Virus record (IMG/VR): IMGVR_UViG_3300027759_000001
DNA: 64,000 nt
Origin: a virus
Lineage: Duplodnaviria; Caudoviricetes
Strand: one strand, 5' to 3'
Positions 20,603-30,262 of the stretch are shown here, in pieces. The translations under genes were made by a program, and so were the position numbers. The notes under the pieces were generated by a model. It ran no database searches. It was not told the DNA's origin and was given only the letters and a program-made list of their open reading frames with translations. Position 1 is the first letter of the stretch. Every line of letters starts with the position of its first letter.

Positions 20603-21015
20603 GCGGTAATAACTAGTTGACCTCTACCGACATAAAAATCAGACTTCCGCATAACGGTTTTAATAATAAGATTAAATTCGTAAGGATTAACTTCTTGTAT
20701 TAGAATTGGAATATTAAGAAGGTTTGATTCATCTTTAATTACAAACTCAACACCATCATATAATTCACCAATGACAATATATTGTACGATATCATCCTTT
20801 ACCTTATCTACTGATTTTAAGATATCATAATCTCTAATTGCATCACCACCTTCTGAAAAATGTCTTGTTTTTCTCGTTTCCGCATGGGACTTCATTCCAG
20901 GTACATTTCCACGTTGGTATCTTAAATTCATGGTAACAGTAAGGTTTGCTTTGATCTCAGCAATCTTCTTTTCTAAGATTAAAATTTTACGTATTGATTC
21001 TCTAAGTAATGACAT
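20596..21015 (-). CDS. Hypothetical late protein with LRES leader; possible BECR/RelE-like RNase
   Basis: MSLLRESIRKIL leader; SHAETRK..R and IIKTVMRK motifs. Confidence 0.55.
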   Translation of the reverse strand: MSLLRESIRKILILEKKIAEIKANLTVTMNLRYQRGNVPGMKSHAETRKTRHFSEGGDAIRDYDILKSVDKVKDDIVQYIVIGELYDGVEFVIKDESNLLNIPILIQEVNPYEFNLIIKTVMRKSDFYVGRGQLVITAK

Positions 21016-21064
21016 AATTATATAAATACCTTATATTGATATTTATAAATACAAAACAATTACT

Positions 21065-22288
21065 ATGAAAGAAAAATTTTTACCTTGGTTTTTATTATTT
21101 TGTGCTCTTGGTCTATCAGGAACTGCCGCTTATTATAGTGTGGTAGGATTATCAGTGGTATTTGTTGGTGTTGCGTTACCTGTAATCATTATGGGATCTT
21201 TTCTTGAGGTATCTAAGATTGCAATTGCCACATACTTACACGACAAGTGGAAAGAAACATACGGAGTCTTAAAGATATACCTTACAATCGCTCTAATAAC
21301 TTTATCTCTTATTACTTCACTTGGTATCTATGGTTTATTGAGTACTGGGTTTCAGGGGAATATTGCAAAACTTGAGATTAATCAAAAAAAGATTGCAAAT
21401 GTTGAAGTAAAGAAAACAAGATTTATTGAAATAAAAAACGAACAACAGAAAGAGAAAGATGTATTAGATAAGGACATTTCAAAGTTAAGAGATGGATTAT
21501 CTACCAATACCACAACACAATCTGTAGATAGAAAAACAGGTCAACTTATTACAAAGGCAAATAATGCTAACCGTAAATCATTTGAGGATCAATTAAAACT
21601 TACCACAGAAAATAGAGATAAGGTATCCACTCGTATTGATGGTATGAATGATAGTATAACTAAATTAGATATTGAAATACTTAATATGGAATCTGCTGAG
21701 TTGGAAGGTAGTGAGTTAGGATCTATTAAATACATTAGTGAGATTTCAGGTTGGGATATTAAACAAGTTGCAAACCTTTTCATTTTACTTTTAATTTTTG
21801 TATTTGATCCATTAGCAATTACATTAGTTATTGCGACTAACCAAGCATTTAAAAAAAATAAAAAAGAAAGTAGTACCATACATGATACCATACATGATAC
21901 CATACATGATGAGGTTGAAGTTCCTGAAAGTTACTTTCATAATTATACCCCCCAAGTCACCCCCCAAGTCACCCCCCAAGTCACCCCCCAAGTTACCCCC
22001 CAAGTTGAACCAATTGTAGTTGAAAAAATTGTTGAAGTTATTAAGGAAGTGGAGAAGATTGTTGAGGTCATTAAGGAAGTAGAAAAAATTGTTGAAGTAC
22101 CTGTAATAGTACATAGAGATCCATTAAATATTATTGAGGTAAATACTTGGGAACCAACATTTGCTGATAATATGTCTGAGGAAACTGAATATGATATGAT
22201 TAGTAATGGAACGGGTGGTGAGTCAACAACTACCACAACAACTGATGATGGTATTAAAAGATTAGTTTATAAAAAGAACGATGAATGA
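21065..22288 (+). CDS. Multi-pass membrane protein with coiled coil and short repeats
   Basis: Three N-terminal and one central transmembrane segment; TIHD x3, PQVT x4-5 and VEKIVEVIKE repeats. Confidence 0.75.
   Translation: MKEKFLPWFLLFCALGLSGTAAYYSVVGLSVVFVGVALPVIIMGSFLEVSKIAIATYLHDKWKETYGVLKIYLTIALITLSLITSLGIYGLLSTGFQGNIAKLEINQKKIANVEVKKTRFIEIKNEQQKEKDVLDKDISKLRDGLSTNTTTQSVDRKTGQLITKANNANRKSFEDQLKLTTENRDKVSTRIDGMNDSITKLDIEILNMESAELEGSELGSIKYISEISGWDIKQVANLFILLLIFVFDPLAITLVIATNQAFKKNKKESSTIHDTIHDTIHDEVEVPESYFHNYTPQVTPQVTPQVTPQVTPQVEPIVVEKIVEVIKEVEKIVEVIKEVEKIVEVPVIVHRDPLNIIEVNTWEPTFADNMSEETEYDMISNGTGGESTTTTTTDDGIKRLVYKKNDE
21874..21995 (+). repeat. 12-nt tandem coding repeats (accatacatgat x3; ccccaagtcacc-like x5)
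   Basis: Read directly from the sequence. Confidence 0.85.
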
Positions 22289-22883
22289 TGAAAACGTTAT
22301 AAAATTCGGAGACTTCAATTATGAAGGTGAGGAAAAAAATAAAAGTCAAATTATTTTATCACACACTTCAAGGGTTGCAACAGATTATATAAATGCGTTA
22401 AAATATAGGTACGGTAAGAAATACAATAAAGTTCCTAATTATATAATCACTCGTGATGGTAAGATAATAGAACTATTGGAACCAAAAAAATACTCCAAAT
22501 ATATAAATGATGAGAACATATCCAAGAAATCAATAACGGTTTCTTTGGAAAATTTAGGTTGGTTAGAAAAAGAACCATTAAAAAATAGATACATTAACTG
22601 GATTGGTAATATTTATAATGGAAAGGCTTTTGAACGTAAGTGGAGAGATTATTTTTTATGGCAACCTTATACTGAAGTTCAAATTGATAGTACCATACTA
22701 ATATGTAAAAAACTAATGGAAGATTTTAACATTAGTAAAAAATGTGTAGGTCACAACACCAAAGTAAATGGTGTGAATCAATTTGATGGTATTGTTACCA
22801 GAAGCAATTACACCACAGATGTTACGGATCTAAGTCCGGCATTTGATTTTGATTATTTTAAAAAAAATATAGAAGATGAATAG
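22281..22883 (+). CDS. N-acetylmuramoyl-L-alanine amidase (Amidase_2-like), probable endolysin
   Basis: IILSHT, NYIITRDGKI, SITVSLEN, YTEVQI, VGH, DLSPAF. Confidence 0.75.
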   Translation: MNDENVIKFGDFNYEGEEKNKSQIILSHTSRVATDYINALKYRYGKKYNKVPNYIITRDGKIIELLEPKKYSKYINDENISKKSITVSLENLGWLEKEPLKNRYINWIGNIYNGKAFERKWRDYFLWQPYTEVQIDSTILICKKLMEDFNISKKCVGHNTKVNGVNQFDGIVTRSNYTTDVTDLSPAFDFDYFKKNIEDE

Positions 22884-23475
22884 ACACGATGAAATAAAAA
22901 ATTTAATAGAGGCATCTAAAAAATTATTAAATAAAAATTTAATTACTGAGGATATTAACCGTATCAGAAAAAATCACGGATTAATATTGGAACAAGGTGA
23001 GCAAGGACCAACCGAAGATCAACCTAAAAACTATGAGACCGCAGAAGATGGGATGGGAGATAAAGAAGAAAATACGGATGTTGTAAAAACTGACAAGTCA
23101 AAGGGTTATAGAATATCTGGTGGTATTATTGTTATTCATGGTAAAGATAAATCTGACTTACAATTAACTACTGACGATAAGAAGGCGTTCCAAGAAACTA
23201 TGGATGATTTTGTTACTGAGGTATCTGAAATTGTAGACTTTAATAAATTAAATCTATACTCAAACAATGTTGAGTGGTCAGGTAAGATTACTGAATTGGA
23301 TGTTGAGTTTTTCTATTCAATCGGGGAAACAAATGGTATATACATAAACGGTACAATGACTAAGATTGATGACGATTATTTAGAATTCTTAAATAAGTTG
23401 AAACAATACTATGAGAAATTCAAATCTAAGTGGTCTAAAGTAATTGCATCAAGAAAGAAAACTCCTGAGTCATGA
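22876..23475 (+). CDS. Hypothetical protein with LITE/ILEQ leader
   Basis: ORF; leader motifs. Confidence 0.65.
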   Translation: MNRHDEIKNLIEASKKLLNKNLITEDINRIRKNHGLILEQGEQGPTEDQPKNYETAEDGMGDKEENTDVVKTDKSKGYRISGGIIVIHGKDKSDLQLTTDDKKAFQETMDDFVTEVSEIVDFNKLNLYSNNVEWSGKITELDVEFFYSIGETNGIYINGTMTKIDDDYLEFLNKLKQYYEKFKSKWSKVIASRKKTPES

Positions 23476-23825
23476 AAAAGTTTTTAAATGATAATTTCAA
23501 GTACATTTTAATTGTTGTTGGTGCGGTGGTATTATACGTATTACTATTGGATCTAATGAAACCATCAAATGGTATGACTAAAGAAGATCTAAAGAAAATA
23601 GAACAAATAGATAAAGACATTAATTTGTTGATTGAAAGTCAAAAGAAATTAGACGAATCAATTAATGAGTATAAAAAACAAATTGAGAAAATTGATTCAA
23701 CAATATCTAACATCAAAGTTAAAAAGGAAGTAGTAAATAATTACTACGAACAAAAAGGGAAAGAGATTAAAGATGCTAATGTTAAACAAGTTGATAGTTT
23801 ATTAAGATCAAGATATAAATTTTAA
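23472..23825 (+). CDS. Transmembrane plus coiled-coil protein (possible spanin-like)
   Basis: N-terminal transmembrane helix, heptad repeats, near the amidase. Confidence 0.55.
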   Translation: MKKFLNDNFKYILIVVGAVVLYVLLLDLMKPSNGMTKEDLKKIEQIDKDINLLIESQKKLDESINEYKKQIEKIDSTISNIKVKKEVVNNYYEQKGKEIKDANVKQVDSLLRSRYKF

Positions 23826-23827
23826 GT

Positions 23828-24238
23828 ATGAAAAATATAATATCAGTATTATTTCTTTTGGTGTCGTTGACATCATTTAGTCAAATCAAAAAAGTTGACA
23901 CAACTGAAATATGTTTACCTTATAGTGTTGGTAAACAAATTATGTTGGATCTAAATAGATTAGATTCCACAACGGCAATCCTTAAATTAACTGAGACTGA
24001 AGTTATTGAATTAAATAAAAAAATAGATGCTCAACAAGGAATTATTGGGAATTTAGAAGATAAAGTTAAGATAGGTGATACAATAGTTCAAAAAACTAAT
24101 GAGAAATTTGATATCGTTGATAAAATAAATAAAGATTTAGTTACCGATAACAAAAAATTAAGAAGAAAGAATGTAATTATAGAAATAGTCTCAGGTATTT
24201 TAATTGGGGCATTAACCTATCAAGTAGTAACACAATAA
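23828..24238 (+). CDS. Signal peptide, coiled coil and C-terminal transmembrane helix (possible lysis accessory)
   Basis: MKNIISVLFLLVSLTSFSQ; C-terminal IVSGILIGALTY. Confidence 0.55.
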   Translation: MKNIISVLFLLVSLTSFSQIKKVDTTEICLPYSVGKQIMLDLNRLDSTTAILKLTETEVIELNKKIDAQQGIIGNLEDKVKIGDTIVQKTNEKFDIVDKINKDLVTDNKKLRRKNVIIEIVSGILIGALTYQVVTQ

Positions 24239-24483
24239 TGGCATTAACACAAACAGATAAAAAAGAAATTGAAACTTTAATTAGAAAAGAAATGAAAGAT
24301 TTCTTGGGATCTACTACTGCCAAACAATTTGAAGATAAATTAATTGAAAAAGTCTCTAAAGACATGAAAAGAGGTAAACTAGAAGGTGATATTAAAGATA
24401 TCGTTGTGAAATCATTCAGAGAATTTTTTACAATGATGTTCCATCAAAGAAGTTTCTGGGAATCTAAATTTAGAAGTTCATAA
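24238..24483 (+). CDS. Hypothetical protein
   Basis: Translationally coupled ORF. Confidence 0.6.
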   Translation: MALTQTDKKEIETLIRKEMKDFLGSTTAKQFEDKLIEKVSKDMKRGKLEGDIKDIVVKSFREFFTMMFHQRSFWESKFRSS

Positions 24484-25259
24484 TGGATGAGATAACTGCA
24501 AAAATTAGAGATATGATATCTAGTCAGACTTCGGGTAATCCTGAAGCGAGAACAAATGCTTTAAAAGGTCTTAAAAATGTTAAAGAAAATGATGAGGGGG
24601 AAAAAAGAAATGCTCCACAAGATTATTTAAAAGATCCAAATGGGTTAAAGTTAGTTTTTGAATTAGCAAAACAAAAAAAAACTAATAAGGCAACAATAAG
24701 AAGAGAGATAAAGAAATTGTTAAAAAATCCTGAAGAGATTAATGATTTTTTAAATTCAATACTTTCATTCGTTAAATCTAAAAAAAGTAACGATAAAGAA
24801 GAAACAAAAGAAATGACAGGGTCAGGTAGTGCGGGTGGTTATTCGGCTCCATTATTTGGTCGTGAAATGAAAGAAAGTGTTTGTAAGATTTGTGGTATGA
24901 AAAACTGCAAATGTCAGGACAAAAAACATGGTAATACACCAAGAAGAGAAACAAAAGAGGCCACAGGATCGGCATCATCGGGTCAATACTCAGGACCCTC
25001 GGTATGGGCAAAATCAACCAACAAAAAAGATTGGGGAACAAAACGTAAAACACAAATACCTGGAGGTAAGTTTGTTCAAGTTAAGAAAAAGTGTAAAAAG
25101 TTTCCTTATTGTAATCAGGGGGATATTAACGCACTTAGAATCTTTGAAAACGAGACTCTTTCAAAAGTAATAAACGATTTATCAGATAGATACCAAATTC
25201 ATGAAGATTTCATAAAAGAAATAATCTTCAATGAGATGTCAAAAAGGAATTTAATGTGA
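24483..25259 (+). CDS. Hypothetical protein with two KE(M/A)TGS repeats and Cys motifs
   Basis: ETKEMTGSGSAGGYS and ETKEATGSASSGQYS; CKICG..CKC. Confidence 0.65.
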   Translation: MDEITAKIRDMISSQTSGNPEARTNALKGLKNVKENDEGEKRNAPQDYLKDPNGLKLVFELAKQKKTNKATIRREIKKLLKNPEEINDFLNSILSFVKSKKSNDKEETKEMTGSGSAGGYSAPLFGREMKESVCKICGMKNCKCQDKKHGNTPRRETKEATGSASSGQYSGPSVWAKSTNKKDWGTKRKTQIPGGKFVQVKKKCKKFPYCNQGDINALRIFENETLSKVINDLSDRYQIHEDFIKEIIFNEMSKRNLM

Positions 25260-25281
25260 TATTTATTAAATAAAAATAACT

Positions 25282-26589
25282 ATGAACAATTATTTAAAAA
25301 ATAAAATTCAAAAACTTATCAACGAAACTTTAGAAGATAAGGCAAATGAAGTTATGGAAAAATTAAAATTTAACAAACCTGGTAGCTCTTTTGACTACGT
25401 TGAAGAAGCTGAATGCTCAGAATGTGGTGGAATGGTTAGAGAAGGTGAATGTTCAGAATGTGGATATATGTCCGAAGGTGACTCACAAGAATGTAATGAA
25501 TGTGGTGGTGAAATGAGAGAAGGTGAATGTTCTGAATGTGGATCCAAAGGTGGTGAAATGATGGAAGATGACGAAATGGATTTTAAAACTCCTATGAGAG
25601 ATGCTATTAGATCACATAAAGGTAAATTTAGAACTCCTATGAGAGATGCTATTAGATCTAATAAAGGTAGATTTAAAACTCCTATGAGAGATGCTATGGC
25701 TATGAGATCTCGTAAAGACAGACATAATGATGTTGAAGATGACATGAACGAAGTTGAGTTGGATGAAAAATTATACGGAAACCAAAAAAGAATTGATAAA
25801 AACCATAATGGAAGATTAGATTCGCAGGACTTCAAAATGTTAAGAAAAGACAAAAAAGAAGATGTAAATGAAAATGTGTTTTATGAATTAACAACTGCAG
25901 TAAATGGTAAAAGAGAAAAACTTTTATTTAATGAAAGTCAGTTTGAAGAAATGATTGAAAATATTGTTTTAAAAGAAGAAGGAAAATTCAATAAAGGTAA
26001 GACACCGGCTGGGTATGCTGAATATGAAAGATCTATTAAAACGTCAAAAAAAAATGAAGAAGGTTATATGAAAGATTTAACCAAAAAAATGAAAGATTAT
26101 TTGAAAGACGGATCTAAAGGCAAATATGAAATGTCACCAAAACATTTTCCAAAAGGAAATGGTGAATTAGAAGAAATGTCTAAAAAAGCTTATGTTGCTT
26201 CAGGTGCAATTGAAGATTATATTGATAACTTCACTGCCGCTGGTTTGGAAAACTTAGATTATGATGAAATCCATCCTGATGAAGATTGGGTAACTGACAA
26301 CGTTGTTGGGTCTTCAAGAACGGGTAATAATCCTGAATGGGCAAACGCAGTTGAGACACCAAATAACGAGAAGAGAAATAAGATTAGAAAAGATAATATG
26401 TTGGCTAAACTTAAGCGTAAGGCTTACAATAAAGCGCCTCAACCAGTTGTAACTGATAAGTCAAGTGGCGGTAAGGCTGATAGTATTATGACTAAGTTAG
26501 AATCTATTGATGAAAAGAAAAAACAAAAAATCAATGAGGATTTTACACGTATTATGGATTTAATGTCTTATAAGAAAAACACCCAATAA
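25282..26589 (+). CDS. Putative head core or internal protein with CxxC repeats and an EF-hand-like loop
   Basis: ECSECG repeats, DKNHNGRLDSQDF, LINE/FNES/KINE motifs, TATTTAT upstream. Confidence 0.6.
   Translation: MNNYLKNKIQKLINETLEDKANEVMEKLKFNKPGSSFDYVEEAECSECGGMVREGECSECGYMSEGDSQECNECGGEMREGECSECGSKGGEMMEDDEMDFKTPMRDAIRSHKGKFRTPMRDAIRSNKGRFKTPMRDAMAMRSRKDRHNDVEDDMNEVELDEKLYGNQKRIDKNHNGRLDSQDFKMLRKDKKEDVNENVFYELTTAVNGKREKLLFNESQFEEMIENIVLKEEGKFNKGKTPAGYAEYERSIKTSKKNEEGYMKDLTKKMKDYLKDGSKGKYEMSPKHFPKGNGELEEMSKKAYVASGAIEDYIDNFTAAGLENLDYDEIHPDEDWVTDNVVGSSRTGNNPEWANAVETPNNEKRNKIRKDNMLAKLKRKAYNKAPQPVVTDKSSGGKADSIMTKLESIDEKKKQKINEDFTRIMDLMSYKKNTQ
25582..25698 (+). repeat. 45-nt coding tandem repeat, about 2.6 copies (F[K/R]TPMRDAIRS[H/N]KG)
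   Basis: actcctatgagagatgctat recurs at 45-nt spacing. Confidence 0.85.
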
Positions 26590-26639
26590 TTTACAATTAC
26601 ATAGTTAGGTATTATCATTGTCCATAGGTATTATAATCT

Positions 26640-27107
26640 ATGGACAATTTTTTTAACTACATATCAAAACAATTAAAACAGGAAGATATTGAGATTTGGT
26701 TTAGCATCAACAATATCATTCCTGAGAAGATGGAATTATATTATGATTTCTCTATATCTATACATAAATTAATTTTAGAGACTTATCTTGGTGATGACGA
26801 TGGTTTTAATGAAACCAAAGTATTGATGACCGAAGAGGATAAGAATAAACACTTTGATTGGTGTTGGGATAAAACAATAGATAGTTTTAATTTAGAAAAC
26901 ATAACATTCAACAAAAAGGGTGAACATTATGATCACTTCCAATCATTTTTTTCTGAAATATATTATAACCAAGTTGATAAAAAAATTAAAGATTCTATTA
27001 ATGTTTTCTTTAGAGATGTGTTTGATTTAGAAAAACCATTTACCCAATCTGATTTAGATATGATACTTAATATTTACAGGAGTTTGGATAAAAATTTGGT
27101 ACTATAG
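26640..27107 (+). CDS. Hypothetical protein
   Basis: ORF with TTTACA-N17-TATCAT upstream. Confidence 0.65.
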   Translation: MDNFFNYISKQLKQEDIEIWFSINNIIPEKMELYYDFSISIHKLILETYLGDDDGFNETKVLMTEEDKNKHFDWCWDKTIDSFNLENITFNKKGEHYDHFQSFFSEIYYNQVDKKIKDSINVFFRDVFDLEKPFTQSDLDMILNIYRSLDKNLVL

Positions 27108-27109
27108 TA

Positions 27110-27138
27110 TTTACTAAGGTAAGTTAGTTAGGTATAAT
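27110..27138 (+). promoter_or_regulatory. Canonical sigma70-like promoter
   Basis: TTTACT(27110)-N17-TATAAT(27133). Confidence 0.55.
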
Positions 27139-27171
27139 TAAATTACATAAACAATAAAATACATTTAAAAA

Positions 27172-27345
27172 ATGGAAACGTTAGAACAAATTAAAACACT
27201 AGTTGAACTATTAAGTGCTGACACGACTAAGTTTTTTGCAGGAAATAAAAGTGCAGGAACAAGAGCAAGAAAAACATCTCAAGAATTAAAAGCATTATTG
27301 CAAACATTAAGAGGTGAAATCTTAGATTCTAAGAAAAATGACTAA
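27172..27345 (+). CDS. Hc1/histone H1-like small basic protein (Bacteroidota type); not in the ORF track
   Basis: 57 aa METLEQIK...GNKSAGTRARKTSQELKALLQTLR; the GNKxAGTRARK motif is typical of the family. Confidence 0.75.
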   Translation: METLEQIKTLVELLSADTTKFFAGNKSAGTRARKTSQELKALLQTLRGEILDSKKND

Positions 27346-27532
27346 TATTGATACTTTATATCTTTTTATATTCATTTTTTCAGCTCTGTCAGTTTTTAGA
27401 GTTGTTGTAAAATTTATATTTTCCCTATTACAAACTTTACCTGAAAGATTGGTGATGAGTAATAGGGAAATATTATTCCAAGGTATTTCATTGTCTTATG
27501 TTATAACTTACACAATACAAAATTTTTTATGA
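27338..27532 (+). CDS. Small membrane protein
   Basis: Two hydrophobic segments. Confidence 0.6.
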   Translation: MTNIDTLYLFIFIFSALSVFRVVVKFIFSLLQTLPERLVMSNREILFQGISLSYVITYTIQNFL

Positions 27533-27957
27533 GTTTTTTTACTGAATTTAATACTTTATCACCATACTTACAATCCGTAAGAAAGTTGAAAACATATCTT
27601 TCATTTGACATACATTTTCCTAACACATGGAAAATACCAAAAAAGTTTGTTGATGAAGAAACGTTATTAGAAAATGAATCTACTGAAACAGGTAAAAGAT
27701 TCTTTTCATTTGTTAGTACCTTTAATGAAGAAGAGGTTGAAAAGATTTTTAACAATCTCAGAAACATTATTAAATATAATAAAGAAAGAGAGGAAAAGGA
27801 TAAACTGTTCCAAACCAAAGTTAATGAGTTAAAATCTATTTTTGAAAAACAAAATTTAGATAATCTACAAGCATTAAAATTTGAAATTTCCGATGATCAA
27901 AAAATTGAATTAGAAGATGGAGAAGAAAATACAAACCCAGTTAGAAACTCAAATTGA
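27529..27957 (+). CDS. Hypothetical protein
   Basis: Coupled ORF. Confidence 0.65.
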   Translation: MSFFTEFNTLSPYLQSVRKLKTYLSFDIHFPNTWKIPKKFVDEETLLENESTETGKRFFSFVSTFNEEEVEKIFNNLRNIIKYNKEREEKDKLFQTKVNELKSIFEKQNLDNLQALKFEISDDQKIELEDGEENTNPVRNSN

Positions 27958-28117
27958 GTGGTTAAATAATGAATTGGAAAAAGATAAGATTGAAGTTGAA
28001 AGAAATAAAAGTAAATTTATCAATCAAATCAAACAATTAAAGAAAGAAGACATTGTAAAAGTCAATGTTGAGAAAATGACATTATGGAAGAGAATAAAGA
28101 AAGTATTGTTGGGATAA
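27917..28117 (+). CDS. Hypothetical coiled-coil protein
   Basis: Overlapping ORF in operon. Confidence 0.55.
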   Translation: MEKKIQTQLETQIEWLNNELEKDKIEVERNKSKFINQIKQLKKEDIVKVNVEKMTLWKRIKKVLLG

Positions 28118-28395
28118 TGGAAAAATTGGCAATGATTACAGATGCCACCCAATCTTTATTTCCCGATGGTAAAACGGCAATAGTGTTTGAATTACCGGAA
28201 GTTGATTTTAAAGAAGTCCAAAAAAACTTTAGAGAAATTGATAGTAACTATACTAAATTTAAAATTGATCTTTCTGGTGTTGAGGTAATATTCATCTTAG
28301 AAAATTCATATGAAGAAGAAAAACCTATTGAAGAACCTGTTGTGGTTAAAAAAGAAAGTTGGATTAAAAGAGCAATAAAAAGTTATTTAAAATAA
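28084..28395 (+). CDS. Hypothetical protein
   Basis: ORF. Confidence 0.55.
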   Translation: MEENKESIVGIMEKLAMITDATQSLFPDGKTAIVFELPEVDFKEVQKNFREIDSNYTKFKIDLSGVEVIFILENSYEEEKPIEEPVVVKKESWIKRAIKSYLK

Positions 28396-29043
28396 CTACC
28401 TTTTGTATGTTGTATATGTTCTATACAACTTTGATTTAGGGATTCCCCCTTTTTCTAAAATATCATAAATGTATTTCTTTTGTGACTTACTTGAGTCAGG
28501 AACCAATATACAATCCATTCTATTTTTATCCTGTAGAAATTTACCTAATACGTCAAGGAACCTACCAGATTCATTAACAGACTTCAAAGAGAAACAATTA
28601 AACTTATCGTCATTTTGAACCACAATCTTATTGTTAATTTTAGATACAAGTTTCAACCCATCTTTAGGTAGATAGGTTTTAACAAACTTATCAAATGAAA
28701 TTTTAGATGAGGTTTGTATATCGTAAATTAATTCCTCCATTAATAATTCAGAAACAGAAAGTATTGTATAATCACTATTATCCAAGTCCACTTTTATTTG
28801 GCGACCTAGTTCATCCTTAATGAAGTATGAATCAAAATTCTTAGAGTTCTTTTCAAGTAAACCAATTTCAAATGAACAGGATTTCCCGTTTTCAAATAAG
28901 GTGTTGAATCTAATGTCTTTATTACCTACTATTTTACCATCGTAGAACTTTTTAGCGTTCTCGTAAGTCTTAAACGACTTTATTATTTTTTTTCTTTCTT
29001 TATTTTTGAATAGTACGATTAAATAGTTCATAATATTGATCAC
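28396..29043 (-). CDS. Hypothetical protein
   Basis: 215-aa ORF, convergent with the previous gene. Confidence 0.65.
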   Translation of the reverse strand: MINIMNYLIVLFKNKERKKIIKSFKTYENAKKFYDGKIVGNKDIRFNTLFENGKSCSFEIGLLEKNSKNFDSYFIKDELGRQIKVDLDNSDYTILSVSELLMEELIYDIQTSSKISFDKFVKTYLPKDGLKLVSKINNKIVVQNDDKFNCFSLKSVNESGRFLDVLGKFLQDKNRMDCILVPDSSKSQKKYIYDILEKGGIPKSKLYRTYTTYKR

Positions 29044-29076
29044 TCTTTAATTAAGTATATTAATTTTTTTTTATAA

Positions 29077-29985
29077 ATGAATAATGAAAACTATTACGGG
29101 GTTTTAGGTGTTGATGAAAAGGCAACACAAGAAGACATCAAGAAGGCATATAGAAACCTAGCAAAAGAAAATCATCCTGACAAAGGTGGGGATGAAGAAA
29201 AGTTTAAGAAGATCACTGAGGCGTATGATACGATTGGAGACGCAAATAAACGAAGTCAATACGATAATCAACGGAGTAACCCATTTGGTGGTAATTTTGC
29301 TGATATGTTTCATTCATTCAATCAACAACGACAAAGACAAGATACTCACACTAGTGTGATTACGGTGAACATAGGGGTGTTGGATTCATATTTAGGTAGG
29401 AATAAACAAATTACATATAAGAGAAAGACTAGTTGTAATGTTTGTAGTGGATCAGGAGGGGAGAAGAAGGTATGTACTACCTGTAATGGTATTGGTAGTG
29501 TTATGAAACAAATGGGTACGGGTATGTTCGTACAAGTTGTTAATATGATGTGTGATACTTGTTCAGGTACTGGTAAAATTACTATAAATGCTTGTTATTC
29601 GTGTAATGGATCGGAGACTAAAGATGAAATGAAAACATTGGATGTTAAAATACCTCATGGGTTAGAGGATGGTCAGTTCATAAGAATGTCAAATGTTGGT
29701 GATTTTAGAAATGGTAGATTTGGGGATTTGGTTATAAGGGTTAATTTAATGGAAGAAAATGGTTTCTTTAAGAACGGACCACATTTAATATATAACTCTT
29801 ATTTAAACTATGAAGATCTTATAAAGGAGGATATAAACATACCTCATCCTGATGGTGAGTTAAATATTAAATTACCTAAGTTATTTGATTCCTCAAAACC
29901 TTTGAGAGTTAAAGGTAAAGGATTTAAGGTAGATCAAATTGGGGATCTATTAATTAATCGGATTGTTAGGTTTGAAAGACCTTAA
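29077..29985 (+). CDS. dnaJ: DnaJ chaperone
   Basis: J-domain HPD, four CxxCxGxG-type repeats, DnaJ C-terminal domain. Confidence 0.92.
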   Translation: MNNENYYGVLGVDEKATQEDIKKAYRNLAKENHPDKGGDEEKFKKITEAYDTIGDANKRSQYDNQRSNPFGGNFADMFHSFNQQRQRQDTHTSVITVNIGVLDSYLGRNKQITYKRKTSCNVCSGSGGEKKVCTTCNGIGSVMKQMGTGMFVQVVNMMCDTCSGTGKITINACYSCNGSETKDEMKTLDVKIPHGLEDGQFIRMSNVGDFRNGRFGDLVIRVNLMEENGFFKNGPHLIYNSYLNYEDLIKEDINIPHPDGELNIKLPKLFDSSKPLRVKGKGFKVDQIGDLLINRIVRFERP

Positions 29986-30158
29986 AATAAGGACATGATA
30001 TCTTTATATAGAGCTATTGCACCATATATTGATAGGGCAAACATAATACCACCAGTGATAAAAACAAATTTTTGCGTTTTACCTGTTGTTTGATTACACT
30101 TTTTGCATCCCGTTACTTGAGTTGCTTCTGTTTTGTTGTTGTATGTTTCTTCTTCCAT
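29982..30158 (-). CDS. Small CxxC plus transmembrane protein; not in the ORF track
   Basis: 58 aa [36 protein letters not shown]. Confidence 0.55.
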   Translation of the reverse strand: MEEETYNNKTEATQVTGCKKCNQTTGKTQKFVFITGGIMFALSIYGAIALYKDIMSLF

Positions 30159-30218
30159 AATTTTTTGTTATAATAATAATTATACATTAAAACAATTTAT
30201 AAGTGAATAATTTTTGAA

Positions 30219-30247
30219 TTGACATATCATCATAGAATTCGTATATT
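30219..30247 (+). promoter_or_regulatory. Canonical sigma70-like promoter
   Basis: TTGACA(30219)-N17-TATATT(30242). Confidence 0.65.
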
Positions 30248-30262
30248 TCTAATAAAAAAACT

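Noticed and set aside
25395-25853. 152-aa minus-strand ORF
   Set aside because: Antisense of the repetitive part of 25282..26589.
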